In this document: positions 15,591 through 31,690 of the stretch, piece after piece
Position numbering within the stretch: the stretch's first letter is position 1
Layout of the letters: the number at the start of each line of letters is the position of its first letter
Source of the DNA: the human T2T-CHM13v2.0 reference genome, Homo sapiens
Assembly (NCBI RefSeq): GCF_009914755.1
Contig: NC_060947.1
Length of the DNA: 64,000 nt
Strand: one strand, 5' to 3'
Translations under genes and position numbers: made by a program
The notes under the pieces: model-generated
The model's input: only the letters and a program-made list of their open reading frames with translations
Told to the model about the DNA's origin: nothing
The model's database searches: none

Positions 15591-16681
15591 AAGGCTTCCT
15601 TTCCCTAAAAAAAGAATCACCACAGAATTTCTGAAGATAACCAACCCATTTTCTATATTTTACATTATTCCATTTAAAAATTCAATTCTATATTCATCTT
15701 CTTCAGCAATCGTTTTTGGGTCGAAGATAAGCACACTGAAATACTTATCCAAGCCATTGGTTTTACATTTTTATACTTGCCCATCCAGCAGACAATAAAA
15801 CAGAAAGAGAAACTTTTCAAAACCCAAAGAGATCCCCCTCTCTCAGGGCTGCTGTGTACGGGTACACAGGTTGTGCACTGTACAACTTCAGGAGGCACAC
15901 ACCATATGGACAGTAATGTGAATCATAGCCCTTCATTGATGCAACAAGGTGGGACTGCTCTGGTGCTAGGTGTTGCAGAAGAAATAGAGAAGCCTGCCTT
16001 CACTTGTGTTTCTAACATGAGTGCTGGTGACCCACCAGCTCTGTCGTGAAACACCCCACAGCCAACTCTAACGGTTATCACTTCAAAGCCAGTGCTGTTT
16101 CTCCTGGGATGGCTTCGTGCTGCTTCTAGGTCATTTTTCCAGTCATATAAAATGCGTATCTTTCTTTTGTTTTTAAAAATACTTTCTCTGAGAACATTTT
16201 AAAAAAAGATTTGTTCCAGCTCATCCATACTCAAGAGAACTTCATGTTTTGTACCCTAAACTTGAAAAACTCAGATAACAGAGAGAACGTAATGTTTGTG
16301 TTTACTCCATGACCCTTTATGAACCTTCAGTATCATACTTGCCTTTATTCTTCTGAGCAAATGCTGATTCTGCTTGTATTCAAATTCATGTTTGACCTCT
16401 TCTGAAATATATGATCAGTATTGTGTTTCAAATCGCCTTCGAAGTGTACTTACTTGTGAGTGCAAGCCTCTCCTCAGCTGGAGATCACACGCAGCTCCTT
16501 GGGAGGGAAGGGGGTCTGGGTCCAATTGGATTGCTTGCCCTCATATAGAACACAGAACTCATAAAAATGGATATGTGAGGAAGAGAGGTGCTAAACTCAT
16601 CATGGCCAGTGGTCCTTACATTTCTTACTGCAACTAGCTCTTCAGCAAATGCTAAAAGCCATCTTTCAAGATCCCGAGTCT

Positions 16682-16815
16682 GGCCAGGTGCAGTGGCTCA
16701 TACCTGTAACCCCAGCACTTTGGGAGGCTGAGACCGGTGGTTCAAAACCAACCTGACCAACATGGTGAAACCCCGTCTCTGCTGAAAATACCAAATAATA
16801 ATAACAAAAATAAAA
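16682..16815 (+). mobile_element. Alu left-arm fragment
   Basis: ggccaggtgcagtggctca ... internal deletion. Confidence 0.8.
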
Positions 16816-16877
16816 TTTTTTAAAAATCCCGGGTCTGCCTGTATCCCCCGACACCATCACCACCGGGGATCACATAG

Positions 16878-17257
<380 letters not shown>

Positions 17258-17609
17258 CTAACTTGGCTTTCTAATGTAATTCTTTTAAATCCACTTGGTC
17301 TTTTTAATCTTGTGTTAGTATGTCCGGTTTGATTGTTTCTGTGTTTTTTATCTTCAAGCTGGCCCAAATCCCTTTAGGAAGGGAAATAAAAAACACACAA
17401 ATTGGAAAATATGTAGTTGCAACTCCAAGCCTATGAGATCTGGTCAGGACATGGGTGCCACAGAAACCAGAGGTCGGGAGACCCCTGAACCCTGCTTCCT
17501 GCTCACGGCAACAGCAGGGGTGGCTGAAGCCAGAGAGATAGTTTTGCTCTCTTATTTCTTATCACATAGGAATCACAGGACATAACGCCATAGCAATTAG
17601 CAGGGGCAG

Positions 17610-17825
17610 TGTGTGGAGTAGTTCAGTTGACAGGCTTGAAAGATCATACACACCTAAGTTCAAATCCCAGCTCTGCCACTTAGCAGCTATCGATCAACTT
17701 GCTTATTCTCTCTGCCCTTCAGTTTATTCATCTGTAACATGGAGATAGTAATTCACACCTTTTCAGCTTTTGTAAGGATTAATTGAATTAATGAATGTGA
17801 ATACTTAGCACAGTGCTTAGGGAAT
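17610..17825 (+). mobile_element. MIR; other MIRs at about 1160-1385 (-), 10070-10210, 22760-22925, 26600-26770 and 48700-48850
   Basis: ttcaaatcccagctctgccactta, cagtttattcatctgtaa core. Confidence 0.75.
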
Positions 17826-17922
17826 GAACAATATGGGTGCAAAACATATTAGAGCCAAATATAATAAGTATAGTTTTATAATTTTTTCCCAGAAGAAAGC
17901 TGGATAATAATATATGACTGGC

Positions 17923-18100
17923 CAGTGGGAGGGAGAGCATCAGGATCAATAGTTAATGCATGCGGGGCTTAATACCTAGGTGATGGCTTGATAGGTGCAG
18001 CAAACCACCGTGGCACACGTTTACCTATGTAACAAACCTGCACATTCTGCACATGTATCTCGGAACCTAAAATAAAATAAAATAATATATATATATATAC
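17923..18100 (+). mobile_element. Heavily 5'-truncated older L1PA 3' end with TSD
   Basis: L1 terminal motif (acctatgtaacaaacctgcacattctgcacatgta), (TAAAA)n/(TA)n tail, TSD ATATATGACTGGC at 17910-17922 and 18103-18115. Confidence 0.88.
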
Positions 18101-18609
18101 CTATATATGACTGGCTATTTTATCATTCATCTTTCTAAATAATAGGCACAATTCAAATTGTTCTCTTTTATTAAAAGGTTTGGGGCTATGGAAAGAAAAT
18201 CTTGTAGAAAACACCTTATTTCTCTCTTCAAACGTTTCCCCAATTTTTTTCCTTTGATTTTTATATCTTTGAAATGTAATTGCCCTCAAACACTAATTTA
18301 GTAACAGTTGAACATTTGATTTGCATACAGTCATCTTTCATTCAAAACTACTAAATTGTTTCGGAAGTTTTTTTTTCCAAAAATAAAAATTACCAATACA
18401 GATTCTCAGCACGCACTCAATAAACTGATTGAGAAGAAATATACTCTTAAATTTCCTTCACTTTTAGAAAGACAAGTTCTCTGGAATTTGCTCTATTTCA
18501 AAAGGTTAAAATAGTAAGTTCTAGTTCTTTGCATTCTAGATGCTTTGCCATGAGACCGATATACTTCCCATACTTTAATTTTTCCAAAATATAGGAAAAA
18601 TGTACAATA

Positions 18610-18915
<306 letters not shown>

Positions 18916-19880
18916 ATTTTTTTTAATGCACAATAAAAATTAGAATAATACCAAAACAATGATGATACAATAAAAGCCTTTCTCCAGAAGAAAATGAAAA
19001 TATAAACATATTTCTAAAATAAGTATTATTTGGGAGGTTAAGCTAAACCAGCAAATCTCAAGCTACATATGGTTACAATTTATATGAAAAAGAAAATTTC
19101 CAACCAACGGCATCTGAACCATAAATCTAGATTTAGACAATTCCACTGTTACTTGTTTTCCCAGGGCTGCATTATTCATTTTAGAATTGGAATTTTCTTT
19201 AATTCTCTAAAATACAAGGCAGGAAGCAGATTCGTTGCCATGTGGAAGAGTGCAAGTCCTTTGACTACGTGGGTCTCTGTCCCCGACCTCAACGCTGCCG
19301 GCCATGCTCTGTTGAGCCTAGTTCAGGATCAAGAGCTTCAGAATACCCTCCATCTTAAGGCAACATTTATACAGACCTATTTGATATGCTCTTTGGTTTT
19401 TTTCTCTTCAACAGTAAAAGCACACTCCCTCTTCAGGAGGATAATTAAATTTCTCCAGTCCCATGCACGTCCTGAGCTGCATTGCAGGCCCAGGTTAATT
19501 GGAGACAGGCAGCTATTTGCCCTCTAATTTAAATGAGTCCTAAGGCTGAGAGGCATACAAGCAAAATCAGACACCTACAAGAGCCAACAGAACAAACGGA
19601 AAGGTGTGCTTAGGGCATGGCCTAACAGCAAACACAAGCACAGTCGAGAGGATAGGACAATCGACATTTGGCTTCCATGGGCAGAAAATAGAGACCACTG
19701 GAGCAGACAGCAGAGAGGAGAATGTTGCCCCAGGAAAAGGGGGCAGCCTCTACCCAGGGGCAGACAACTATGGCTAGATGTGCAGGCAGGATGTATGTTG
19801 CCAGATCTTCTGGTTTTTCAAGAGATGTCAAAGATTTGGTGTTTATATGGAGTTTTCTATATTTTAAAAGTTAAGAACCC

Positions 19881-20238
<358 letters not shown>

Positions 20239-20394
20239 CTACTCAGACCAAAGAGAACAGAACTGCAAGACGCTGGTTTCCTAATTGTGGCATAGAGTGA
20301 TGTTTTCTTCAGGGTTGCATTTCTCCCCAAAATATAAATTGAGACCAATGTCATTCTTTCAAACACTCTTCTTTAAAGGAAATATCAAAGAAAT

Positions 20395-20665
20395 AAACCT
20401 CTATACTACATGCAATGTAGGATCCTGGATTGGATCCTGGAACAGAAAAAAAGACCATAGTGGTAAAGTAGTGAAATCTAAATAAAGCCTAGAGTTCCGC
20501 TAATAGTACTGAACCAATGTTCGTTTCATACTTTCAACAAATGTGCTGCGGTTGTGTAAGAGGTTAACATTGGGAGAGACTGAGTGAAAGATATATAGAA
20601 ACTACACCATCTATGCAACCTTTCTGTAGATCTAAAAGGATTCCAAAATAAAAAGTTTAGTTAAA
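20395..20665 (+). mobile_element. L1MC/MD 3' end
   Basis: ggatcctggattggatcctggaacagaaaa ... ttccaaaataaaaagttt. Confidence 0.7.
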
Positions 20666-21264
20666 ATAAACTATATGGAATAATATGCGTGAAATATGGC
20701 CCATCAATTAAATTATAAAACACACATTAAGCAAGTTGTCTGTGAACATCACCATAGTAAGTATAGTAAGTTTATAGTAACTAAGGAAGAATGCACAACT
20801 AGGTTCTGGCATGGAATTGGGGACAGGACAGTAGGGAGTTGAAATGCCAGAAAGAATAAGATACCTTAAGGCAATTGGTAAACCAATGTGAGCAGGTCAG
20901 AGAGACTGGGAGGGGAGGATTTAGGTGAAAACCTGAAAGAAACGGAGAGCAAACTATTACAGACCTGAATTTCATGTAGAGAGGGTAGACAATGACATTG
21001 CTCATTTATTTTCTCTTTACTTAAATATTGTTGTAAAATCAGTCAAAATAAGGCTTCTTTACTCATCTATGGTTTACTACTTTCCCAGCTGCTAATTTTA
21101 AATTAGCCTCCCCTCTGCTGAGGATCACAGTTAACAAAATACAAGGTATTTACAAGCAAAAGTTAAGCACAAATAAAGGCCTAGCTGAAAATGAAAAGGA
21201 GAGAACTCTAAACCACAATGACACCTATACACATGTGGCCATTTAGTCTGTACAATTTGCCTAT

Positions 21265-21480
21265 AGCAGGGCTTCTCAACCTTGGTGCTATTGGCATCTG
21301 GGGCTGAATCATCCTTTGTTGTGGGAGCTTTTCTATCCATTGTAGGATGTCTTAGCAGCACCCTGGCCTCTTCCCACTGGATGCCAGTAGCATTCCCAAG
21401 CTGTGACAAAGAGAAATGTCTCCAGACATTGTCACATGTCCCTTGGCAGGCAAAATTGCCCCTTGGCTGGGAATCACTGG
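21265..21480. mobile_element. MER20; further copies at about 32425-32640 and 63750-63950
   Basis: ttagcagcaccctggcctcttcccactggatgccagtag, aaatgtctccagacattg. Confidence 0.85.
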
Positions 21481-21563
21481 CCAAGAGAAAAGTATAATTG
21501 TCTAAATCAGAGAGGATATTCCACAGGTATAACCCAGTATTGCCACTCAAGTTTTTAGAACTA

Positions 21564-21643
21564 TCTGGTGGAACCATATGAAACTACTGTTTTTGTAGGT
21601 TAAAAGTGGTTGAACATCAGTGATTTCATAAGTTTCAACCTGA
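21564..21643. mobile_element. MADE2 (Hsmar2-type MITE), about 80 bp
   Basis: TIRs ggtggaaccatatgaaa ... tttcataagtttcaacc. Confidence 0.8.
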
Positions 21644-21987
21644 AATGTATATACTTCTATATGAATCAGTAAATAGTAAAATAGCAATTGTTATTAGTGG
21701 TAAAAATAACTTATAATCTGCATTATAATATGAACTTGTTTGTTTAAGGTAATTGCCATGTCATTGAATGTCATGATGACCAATGATGACGTATGGTCTT
21801 CTGGTAGCTGTGTGACCCAGAAAATTATAAAAATATTAAATATATTAACATACCAGCTAGGAAAAGTGGCAGGAAAATGTTTTTTATTAATTTGCTATTG
21901 GTTCATCAGAAGCTGAAAGTAAATTCAGCACTGAAAATAGTATTGTTACTCTTAACATATATTCTCTGCTGATTAGATAAGAAGTCA

Positions 21988-22079
21988 CCTCTGACTGCTT
22001 CAAAGGCGGGCCATGGGACATGGCACAGGTCATGGGACATGGCCCTCTGACAGCTTCAAAGGTGGGTCATGGGACATGG
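21988..22079. repeat. Local direct duplication (36-bp copies, 56 bp apart) with three CATGGGACATGG units
   Basis: cctctgactgcttcaaaggcgggccatgggacatgg versus cctctgacagcttcaaaggtgggtcatgggacatgg. Confidence 0.85.
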
Positions 22080-23930
22080 GGGTGGTGCCAATGTAGGGAG
22101 CCTAGCGCTGGTGTTGGGAAGGGGGGAGCCGAGCAGGCTGGATCAGGGGACATTGGTGGCCCTATGGTTTGCAGAGCCATAGTTCTGGAGTCCATGCCAT
22201 GTAGAAAGCTCTCATATCCAAAGCCTCAGCCAGCTGAGACCTGGGTACTCATCCTGGTGGCCCCTGAGCAGCAATACATCCAAGAGCTGGCATTGGGGCC
22301 CTAATGACACTCCATTTAAGAGGGACATCATTGGATGAGTTGGATTTGGCACCTTGCATCAAATCATGGCTCAGACAGAGGCATCATTCATCTGGTCATA
22401 GCTGTGTCAAACAAAACAGAGCAGCAACAATTTCTAAAAATCAAGAAACGATTTAGAAATTATTAGAATATTCGATGAGCAATATGTTGCAACTTAGATG
22501 ACTTGGTAAGCAGTTTTGAATTGGTATAGCTCAGTTTAGAGAATAAGAGGGAGGATGTTTATAATTTTATATGTGTACTGATTTTTCTGTTAAGTTTACT
22601 CCCATTCTAGTTGTAAATATATTTATTGTCACCTGTGGTCTATCATCAGATGTGTAGAAACCCACTGGTTCCATAGGGACAGTTCGCCCTATCCAATAGA
22701 GAAGAGTGAGCAATTATCTTCTGCGTTTCAATATGAAAAATCAAACTTATAAACAGAAAACAGGGAGTTTGGATCCTTGCCCACCACTTACTTGCCAGGT
22801 AACCTTGGATGCATTACAGTCCAGGAGCCTCAGTTTCCTTATCTGTACTAGTGGAACACTATCCGACAGGGTTATTGTGAGAATGAAAGGTGAATCTATG
22901 AGAAGGAGCTTGGCACACAGTAGGGACTCATGTTCCCTTCTTGGGATCCCATCAATTATTGAATAAACAAGCAACCTTTTTCTTTATTAAACTGATACAA
23001 TTTATATTTATTTGTATTTCACACAATATGGATATTTATTAAATGTATCTTATTGGCTTCCTTTAAGGTATCTGAAATTGAGGGTCTAAATAGTAGAGAG
23101 AAGTGTGCTTGAACTTAAATTCCTAATGGTGGCTGGCGCAGTCCTCTTATCTATGACGGAGTGACCTTGAAGGAATGCCAAGGAAGTTAATCATTTACTA
23201 AGTGTGGCTTTTTCCCCAAAGACACTTGAGCTGAGGCTTTTTCAAGCCTGAATAAGGTCACATAATTCTTCTTTTCAAAGATCGAGAAAATTACGTCATG
23301 CTTTTGAGAATTGATATGTAGATAGTTGTTATGGTAAGTTGGCATTCATGGAAAAGAACATTTTTTTGGTTAAAAATCTATGGTAATCAATCAGATTCTT
23401 ATATATGATAAGCTGTCAGAAAGTACATGCCAAACTCTCACCTCCTTTAGAGGTCTGTTTTCAAAGAAAAAAATGTTTTCAAAAATTATTCATTTTCTCT
23501 TTTAAAAAAATAAATAAACACTAGCTTTTGAAATAAACAGTTTTTTAAAAAAACACTAAGAAAATATTTATCTCAGCATTTCTCTACTACTTTGGCTAAA
23601 TTAATTAGGTACAATAAGCAATTTGTATTTTTTTAGCTGACACCTCTGATCCCTGGGGAGCAAAAGATGCTGAACGTGGGAGAATAAAGAGAAATAGTGT
23701 TACCATCACAGCCCTAAAGACCTGATGTTGGTGGGAACAGAAAATGGTGGTAAAGATCTAAGTCAAGAATAAGAAAACTAAGAACACATACATGAAACAC
23801 TATTCTCTGGTTTACTACCAGTTTCTCCAAGGAAAAGTGCCTCAGTATTCTCAGGGAAGAGAAGGAAAAGATTAAGATAATTCAGAATCCAGAGAACAAA
23901 AAACCAATGGTAGAATTGAAAAAGTTAGCT

Positions 23931-23966
<36 letters not shown>
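23931..23966. repeat. (TG)n microsatellite
   Basis: Direct reading. Confidence 0.95.
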
Positions 23967-23968
<2 letters not shown>

Positions 23969-24870
23969 CTTATTATACAATGAACAGAAAGGCATGCTTT
24001 GTTAGAGTTATTCCTTATCACTCTAAAAAGTTTCTGAGGGTCACTGAGTACTAATTCCTTTTCATATCTGGGTTACTTATGAGAGTGGCTTTGTCTGCAC
24101 AACATAAAGAGAAGTGGGTGTTTAGGAAGATGCCAGATATTAATGAACTCTTGGTTGCTGTCTGCATGGATCATGTCGATTGCAAATATAAGGAGAATCA
24201 GTTGGAGAATATTTCTAATTTTGAAGTTCTTGCTTGCATGCCTTCTTTATTTAAAAAAAATTATGAGACTCTGCCAAGCAATATGCTAGATGAGGGATTG
24301 ACAAACTACTTAAGGCCTACTGGCCAAATCCCAGCTGCTTTGTTTCTATACAGCTTTCAAGCTAATAATGGTTTTTACATTTTTAAATGGCTGGGAAAAA
24401 AAAACCAAAAGAATATTTCATGGCACATTAAGATTAAATGAAATTTAAATTTCATTTCTATAAACAAAGTTTTATTGGAACACACCACACCCAGTCATTT
24501 ACTTGTGCTACCATTGAAGACTTGTGTAGTTGTAACAAAGACCCTATAGCTGACCCACAAAGCTGCATGTATTTGTTCTCTGGCTAGCCCTGTGCTAGAC
24601 TCTGAGGATAAAGCTGTGTCCAGGACTGATCCAATCCCTGACCTAACGTTACTTATGTTCTAGTCACCAATGGCAAAGATATTCAACATGCAATTAAAGG
24701 CAGCAAATTGATCATTACAGATGAGGATAAATACTATGAGGGCAATCAACAGACAGAGTAATGAGACCAAGAAAACTGAGCTGGGGGTTGGGGGAGGACA
24801 GAGAATTGTTGTCTAGAGGGAGGTTAAAGAAGTGACCTTTATAAACTGAGACTAAAAGATTAAATGAACC

Positions 24871-25307
<437 letters not shown>

Positions 25308-25366
25308 TCAGTGGGGGAAGGTGATATGAACTCGGAAAGTTAAGCAGGGCCAGTTTCCAAGTATTA

Positions 25367-25766
<400 letters not shown>

Positions 25767-27479
25767 TCATTCTGATTGTGGTGTAGAAAGGGATTGGAGG
25801 GAGGCAAAGATCTTAAGAAGAGAGCCCTCCTTGGGGGTTCAAGGAGGCTGATGCAGGGGCTGCCTGGTGGCCATGGCAATGGAGAGAAGGGCAGATTTGG
25901 CAAACAGAATCAACAGTCTTGGGATGGAAGGGTGACAGGAAAGACAGAATCGAGGGTGATTCACACATTTTGCCTCTGATTAACTGGGTGATTGGAGGTG
26001 CCACGTACTCAGGGAAGAGCAGGCTGGACCAAGAGCATGAAGACTTCCCATTGGAGAAGACCAGTGTTTTCTCTAAAGGTCCAAATAGTCAATATTTAGG
26101 CTTTGAAGGCCATGGAGTCCGTACCACAACCCGTCGACTCTGTGCTAGTCACACAAGAGAAGCCACAGATAATATGTAAATGAATGGATGTGTACATATG
26201 TAAAACTTGATTTACAAGAATGGGTTATAGACAGGATTTGGCCTGTGGGCCACAACTTGCCAACCCCTGTTGTAGATTTGTATGTTCAAGTTGGACCTCA
26301 AGTGTGAAGTCTGAGCTGAAGATACAAACATGAAAGTCATCAAGATTAAGTCATGGGCCTGGATGATGTCAAGGAGAGTTTGTAGAAAGAATAAAAACAA
26401 GAAAGCCCAGGGTCATGCTTGGAGGCATCCCAACAATTCTTGGCGAGGTGGAATAATCCTTATCAATATTGTGTTACCGGGATTATTTAGAAGCAGAAAA
26501 CATTATCATAAGGAAGGAGAAGGACTCTTTATACACTACGTTGATCTCTAATTGAAAGCCCTCTTCAACTGCTCACACTTACATGGGAGAGTGAAGTGGG
26601 GAGCAGGAGAGAGTAGTGGTAAAGAGCTGCTTGGCTCCACTATGTAGCTGTGTGATCTTATCTAACTTCTCTGTTTCTCAGTTTCTCTACCTGTGAAATG
26701 GGGATGAGAGTAATAAGACCGAACTCACAGGGTTGCTGCAAAGGCCTGCCATAGTAAGTGCTATATACATGTACAATATTGTTATTTCTTCTCTTAATTG
26801 CTACCTTATTCCAGAAAGGATTTGAGACAACTCGCTTTTATTGGCCCTTGCTTAATTTAGACACTCACAGTAAAGTTAAGCTCAGCCTAATTTCAATTAC
26901 TTCATGTTATTTCTTTCATCAGAATATTATCCACCTCCTCCCCCACAATGTAAATCCTTTACCCCCTTTAAGAATCTTCCATCTCCACTATTACAAAACT
27001 TCCTTCCTCTTCCACCTGCATCCTGGATGTGGATTCCTGTGCTCCTTATCTGGCCTTAACTCCTCCTCTGCTTGAATTATGTATGCAGTATCCAGCTATC
27101 TTAAGCTGACTGAGGGCACCAGATCTTTGTTCTTATTTCCAGAAGTGACTGATACAACCTGCATGAAAAGGACGTTCCCCTTGGCAGCATCAGATTACAT
27201 GGAATTACCAAGAGAAATCAATGTAATTCCATCTTCACCTTGCCTCCGAAGAAAGCTTTAATGACCAATTTTCACAGAAAGAAGCTAGTTTAATATTCAT
27301 CTTCACTGAATTCAAGCGAGTTTTGTTTTGTTCAGGTTTTCATTTTGTTGAGTATCAATATGGACTCACTGATTTTTACATATTTGGTACATTTCAGGCA
27401 ACTAAATTTGCATTAATTTTTGATGTTCACACTGTCCTACCTTTAATCAATAGTAGCCACTTCTTAATTAATTAATTAA

Positions 27480-27605
27480 TTTTGCTTTTGAGAGACGGGG
27501 GTCTCACTATGTTGCCCAGGCTGACCTCAAACTCCTGGGCTCAAATGATCCTCCTGTGTTAGCCTCCCAGTCGCCAGGTTTATAGATATGCTACCGCGTC
27601 TGGCA
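27480..27605 (-). mobile_element. Alu monomer (FLAM-like)
   Basis: gtctcactatgttgcccaggctg ... ctcctgggctcaa. Confidence 0.8.
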
Positions 27606-28857
27606 ATAGTAATCATTTTAAACTGGGACCTTTATCCTTCTGACGTATTCCCCATCATCTTTGCTATATCTGAGACAAGATGTTCTAGTTCACTTCGTCC
27701 GTTCCTGACCCAGACCTTGAATTGGTCAAATCGCAAGAATACTTGGTTCCTTTCCATGGAAAACAATATTCAAAAACCAAACTTCTGATTCTGGAAATTG
27801 GTAATGAAAGGGAAGAAAATTTAAAATTTTTCTCTTGCTTCTCTAGTACAAACCTTATTTTAGGGTAATCAAGTAGCCCAGAAGACGAAGGGAATTCCGG
27901 CTAATATTGTACACAGCAAAGATTAATAGAATTAGAAAGTTTGCATTTTGCAAGGCTAAAATGCAGGCTTATAACGCTGTCAGCACCTTAAACCAGTGAT
28001 CTATCTCAATATTGTATCAAGATAACCTGACATGTTAATACGTTAGATGTGATAATGGTCTTGGAATCATAAAGAAAAATGTTTTTATCTCTCTTTTTAA
28101 GAGCTTTATTGAGATACAATTTATATACCATTACAATTCACCCATTTAAAGTGTAAAATTCAATGGCTTTTATTACGTTCACAGAGTTGTGCATTCATCA
28201 TAACAATTTTAAAACATTTTTATTACCGCCCCAAAGAAATCCCACACCCTTTTGCTTTTAGCCCTGCCATCCCTCCATCTTCCCATCTCCCTAACTAACC
28301 CTAGGCAACCCCTGATTTATTTTCTGTATATAGATTTTCCTATTCTGAACATTTCATGTAGATGGAATCATGCACTATATGGTCTTTTGTGTCTGTATTC
28401 TTCACTTAGCGTAACGTTTTTCAAAGTTTCTGTAGCACATATCAGAATTTCATTCTTTTTAAAAGCTAAATAATATTCCATTGTACAGGAGACCACATTT
28501 TGTTTATCCACTCATCAGTTGATGGACATCTGGGTTGATTTCATCTTTCGGCTATTGCAAATAGTGCTGCTGATAACATTCATGTAAACTATTCATTTGA
28601 ATGCCTGTTTTCAACTCTCTTGAGCATATACCTAAGAGTGGAATTCCCGGCTCATATGGTCACTCTGACCATTTGAGGAACTGCTAGATTTTTCCAAAGC
28701 AGCTGCACCATTTTGCATTCCCACCAACAGTGTCTGAGGATTTCAATTTCTCCACATTTTTACCAACATTTGTCATCTTTATCTGCCTTTTTTATTATAG
28801 CCAACATAGTGGGTATGAAGTGGCATCTCCTCGTGGTTTTCACTGGCATTTCTCTGA

Positions 28858-29280
<423 letters not shown>

Positions 29281-30001
29281 TAAGAGATTAAATTTTTTAG
29301 AGCAGTTTTAGGTTCACATAAATTAAGTGAAAAGTACAGACAATTCCCATATACTCTCAGCCCCCATCCATGCACAGCCTCTCCTACTAACTAAAATCAA
29401 TGTACGTATATTGACACGTCATTATCACCCAAAGTCCATAGTTTACATCAAGGTCCACTCTTGGTGTTGTACATTCTATGGGTTTTGACAGGTATATAAT
29501 GACATGAATCCACCATAGTAGTATCATAGAGTAGTTTCACTGCCCTAAAAATTCTCTGTGCGCCACCAATTCATCTGTCCTTCCCCTCTTCCCTGACAAC
29601 CACTGATCTTTTCACCATCTCTGCAGTTTTGCTTTTACCAGAATGTTATACAGGTGGAAGACTACAGTCTGCAGCCTTTTCAGATTGGTTTATTTCACTT
29701 AGTAATATGCATTTAGGTTTCCTCCATGAGCAAAATAGCTCATTTATTTATAGTGCTGAATAGCTTTCCATTGTCTGGATGTATCACAGTTTATCCGTTC
29801 ACCTACTGAAGGACATCTTGGTTGCTTTGAAGTTTTAACAATTATGAATAAAGCTGCTATAAACATTCATGTGCAGTCTCCTTTGCCCATTTTAAAATTC
29901 GGTTGTCTTTTTGAGTTGTGGTCATTTTTTATATATCCTAGATACAAGACCCTCATCAGATACATGATTTGCAAACATTTTCTCCCATTCTTTGGGTTGC
30001 C

Positions 30002-30305
30002 TTTCTTTCTTTTTTTTTTTTTGAGAAGGAGTCTCACTCTGTCGCCCAGGCTGGAATGTAGTGGTGCAATCTCGGCTCACTGCAACCTCTGCCTCCTGGG
30101 TTCAAGCGATTCTCCTGCTTCAGCCTCCTGAGTAGCTGGGATTACAGGTGCGCGCTACCACGCCCGGCTAATTTCTTCTGTATTTTTAGTAGAGACGGGG
30201 TTTCACCATGTTGGTCAGGCTGGTCTCGAACTCCTGATCTCGTGATCCGCCCACCTCAGCCTCGCAAAGTGCCGGGATTGCAGGCGTGAGCCACCATGCC
30301 CGGCC
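30002..30305 (-). mobile_element. AluS (Sc-like)
   Basis: Poly(T) plus dimer, ctcgtgatccgccc. Confidence 0.93.
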
Positions 30306-30517
30306 TTCTTTCACTTTCTTGATGGTATCCTTTGAAGCATAAGTTTTTCATTTTGACGTCCAGTTTATATATTTTTGTTGGTGGCGCTTGTGCTTTTGAT
30401 GTCATATTAAAGAAATATTTGCCTAATCCAAAGTCATGAAAATTTATACCTATGTTTTCTTTTAAGAATTCCATAGTTTTAGGCTTTAAGTTTAAGAATT
30501 CCGTAGTTTTGTAAAGA

Positions 30518-30897
<380 letters not shown>

Positions 30898-31329
30898 TTA
30901 CAGATATATGCAGGCTAAATAATTTAGAGGTGAATATATAACATCTGTAATTTACTTTAAAATACTTTAGATAAAAACAGATAAAGCAAACATGGGAAAA
31001 TTTTGACAGCTACAAAATCTAGGTGGTGGGTATATCGGTGTTCACTCTATTTTCATCTCGGTTTTTGGATTTTTCTTTAAACAACAGAAGTAAAAGGTAA
31101 AGTTCTAGAAATAAAAATCAGAAAAATTACTTGATTCTGAGTGAAAATGTTATTAATAGAGAATTAAAGTTGAATCTATTTTAACTTATTTTTAAAGTAC
31201 ATTGCTTATAAATGTTAGCATTTCATAATAAGTTATAAATTATTTGCCACACCCCTAATAAAAACATACAAGAAAAAGGTTATGTCAGAGTGTCTTGGCA
31301 TTGCTCTTAGGAACTAGTGTTCTAGAACT

Positions 31330-31690
31330 TCTTGTTCTAATACAGCAACTATCAGCCACATGTGGCTGATGAGCACTTCAGATATGGCAAGTCCAAATTA
31401 AGATGTGCTGTAAGCGTAAAATCTATATTGGATTTTGAAGGCTTGACACAAAAAGATGCAAAGTAGCTCATTAATATGTTTTATGTTGATTACATGTTGG
31501 AATGATAATATTTTGGATATTGGATTAAAGTGTATTATTAAAATTACCTTCACTTGTTTTTTATATTCTTTTAAAATACAGCTACTAAAGTGTAAATTAC
31601 ATATGTGGCTTGCATTATATTTCTTTTTAAAAAGTTTAAAATTTTTTCATAGAAACATATAGGAAACAATCATTACATTTCTTTTGGATG
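31330..31690. mobile_element. MER33/MER3-type hAT element; another at about 63540-63745
   Basis: agccacatgtggct, atgttgattacatgttggaatgataatattttgg. Confidence 0.75.

Noticed and set aside
22010-22080. p53 response element (paired CATG cores)
   Set aside because: CATG cores are 4 nt apart rather than 6, and the flanks do not fit RRRCWWGYYY.
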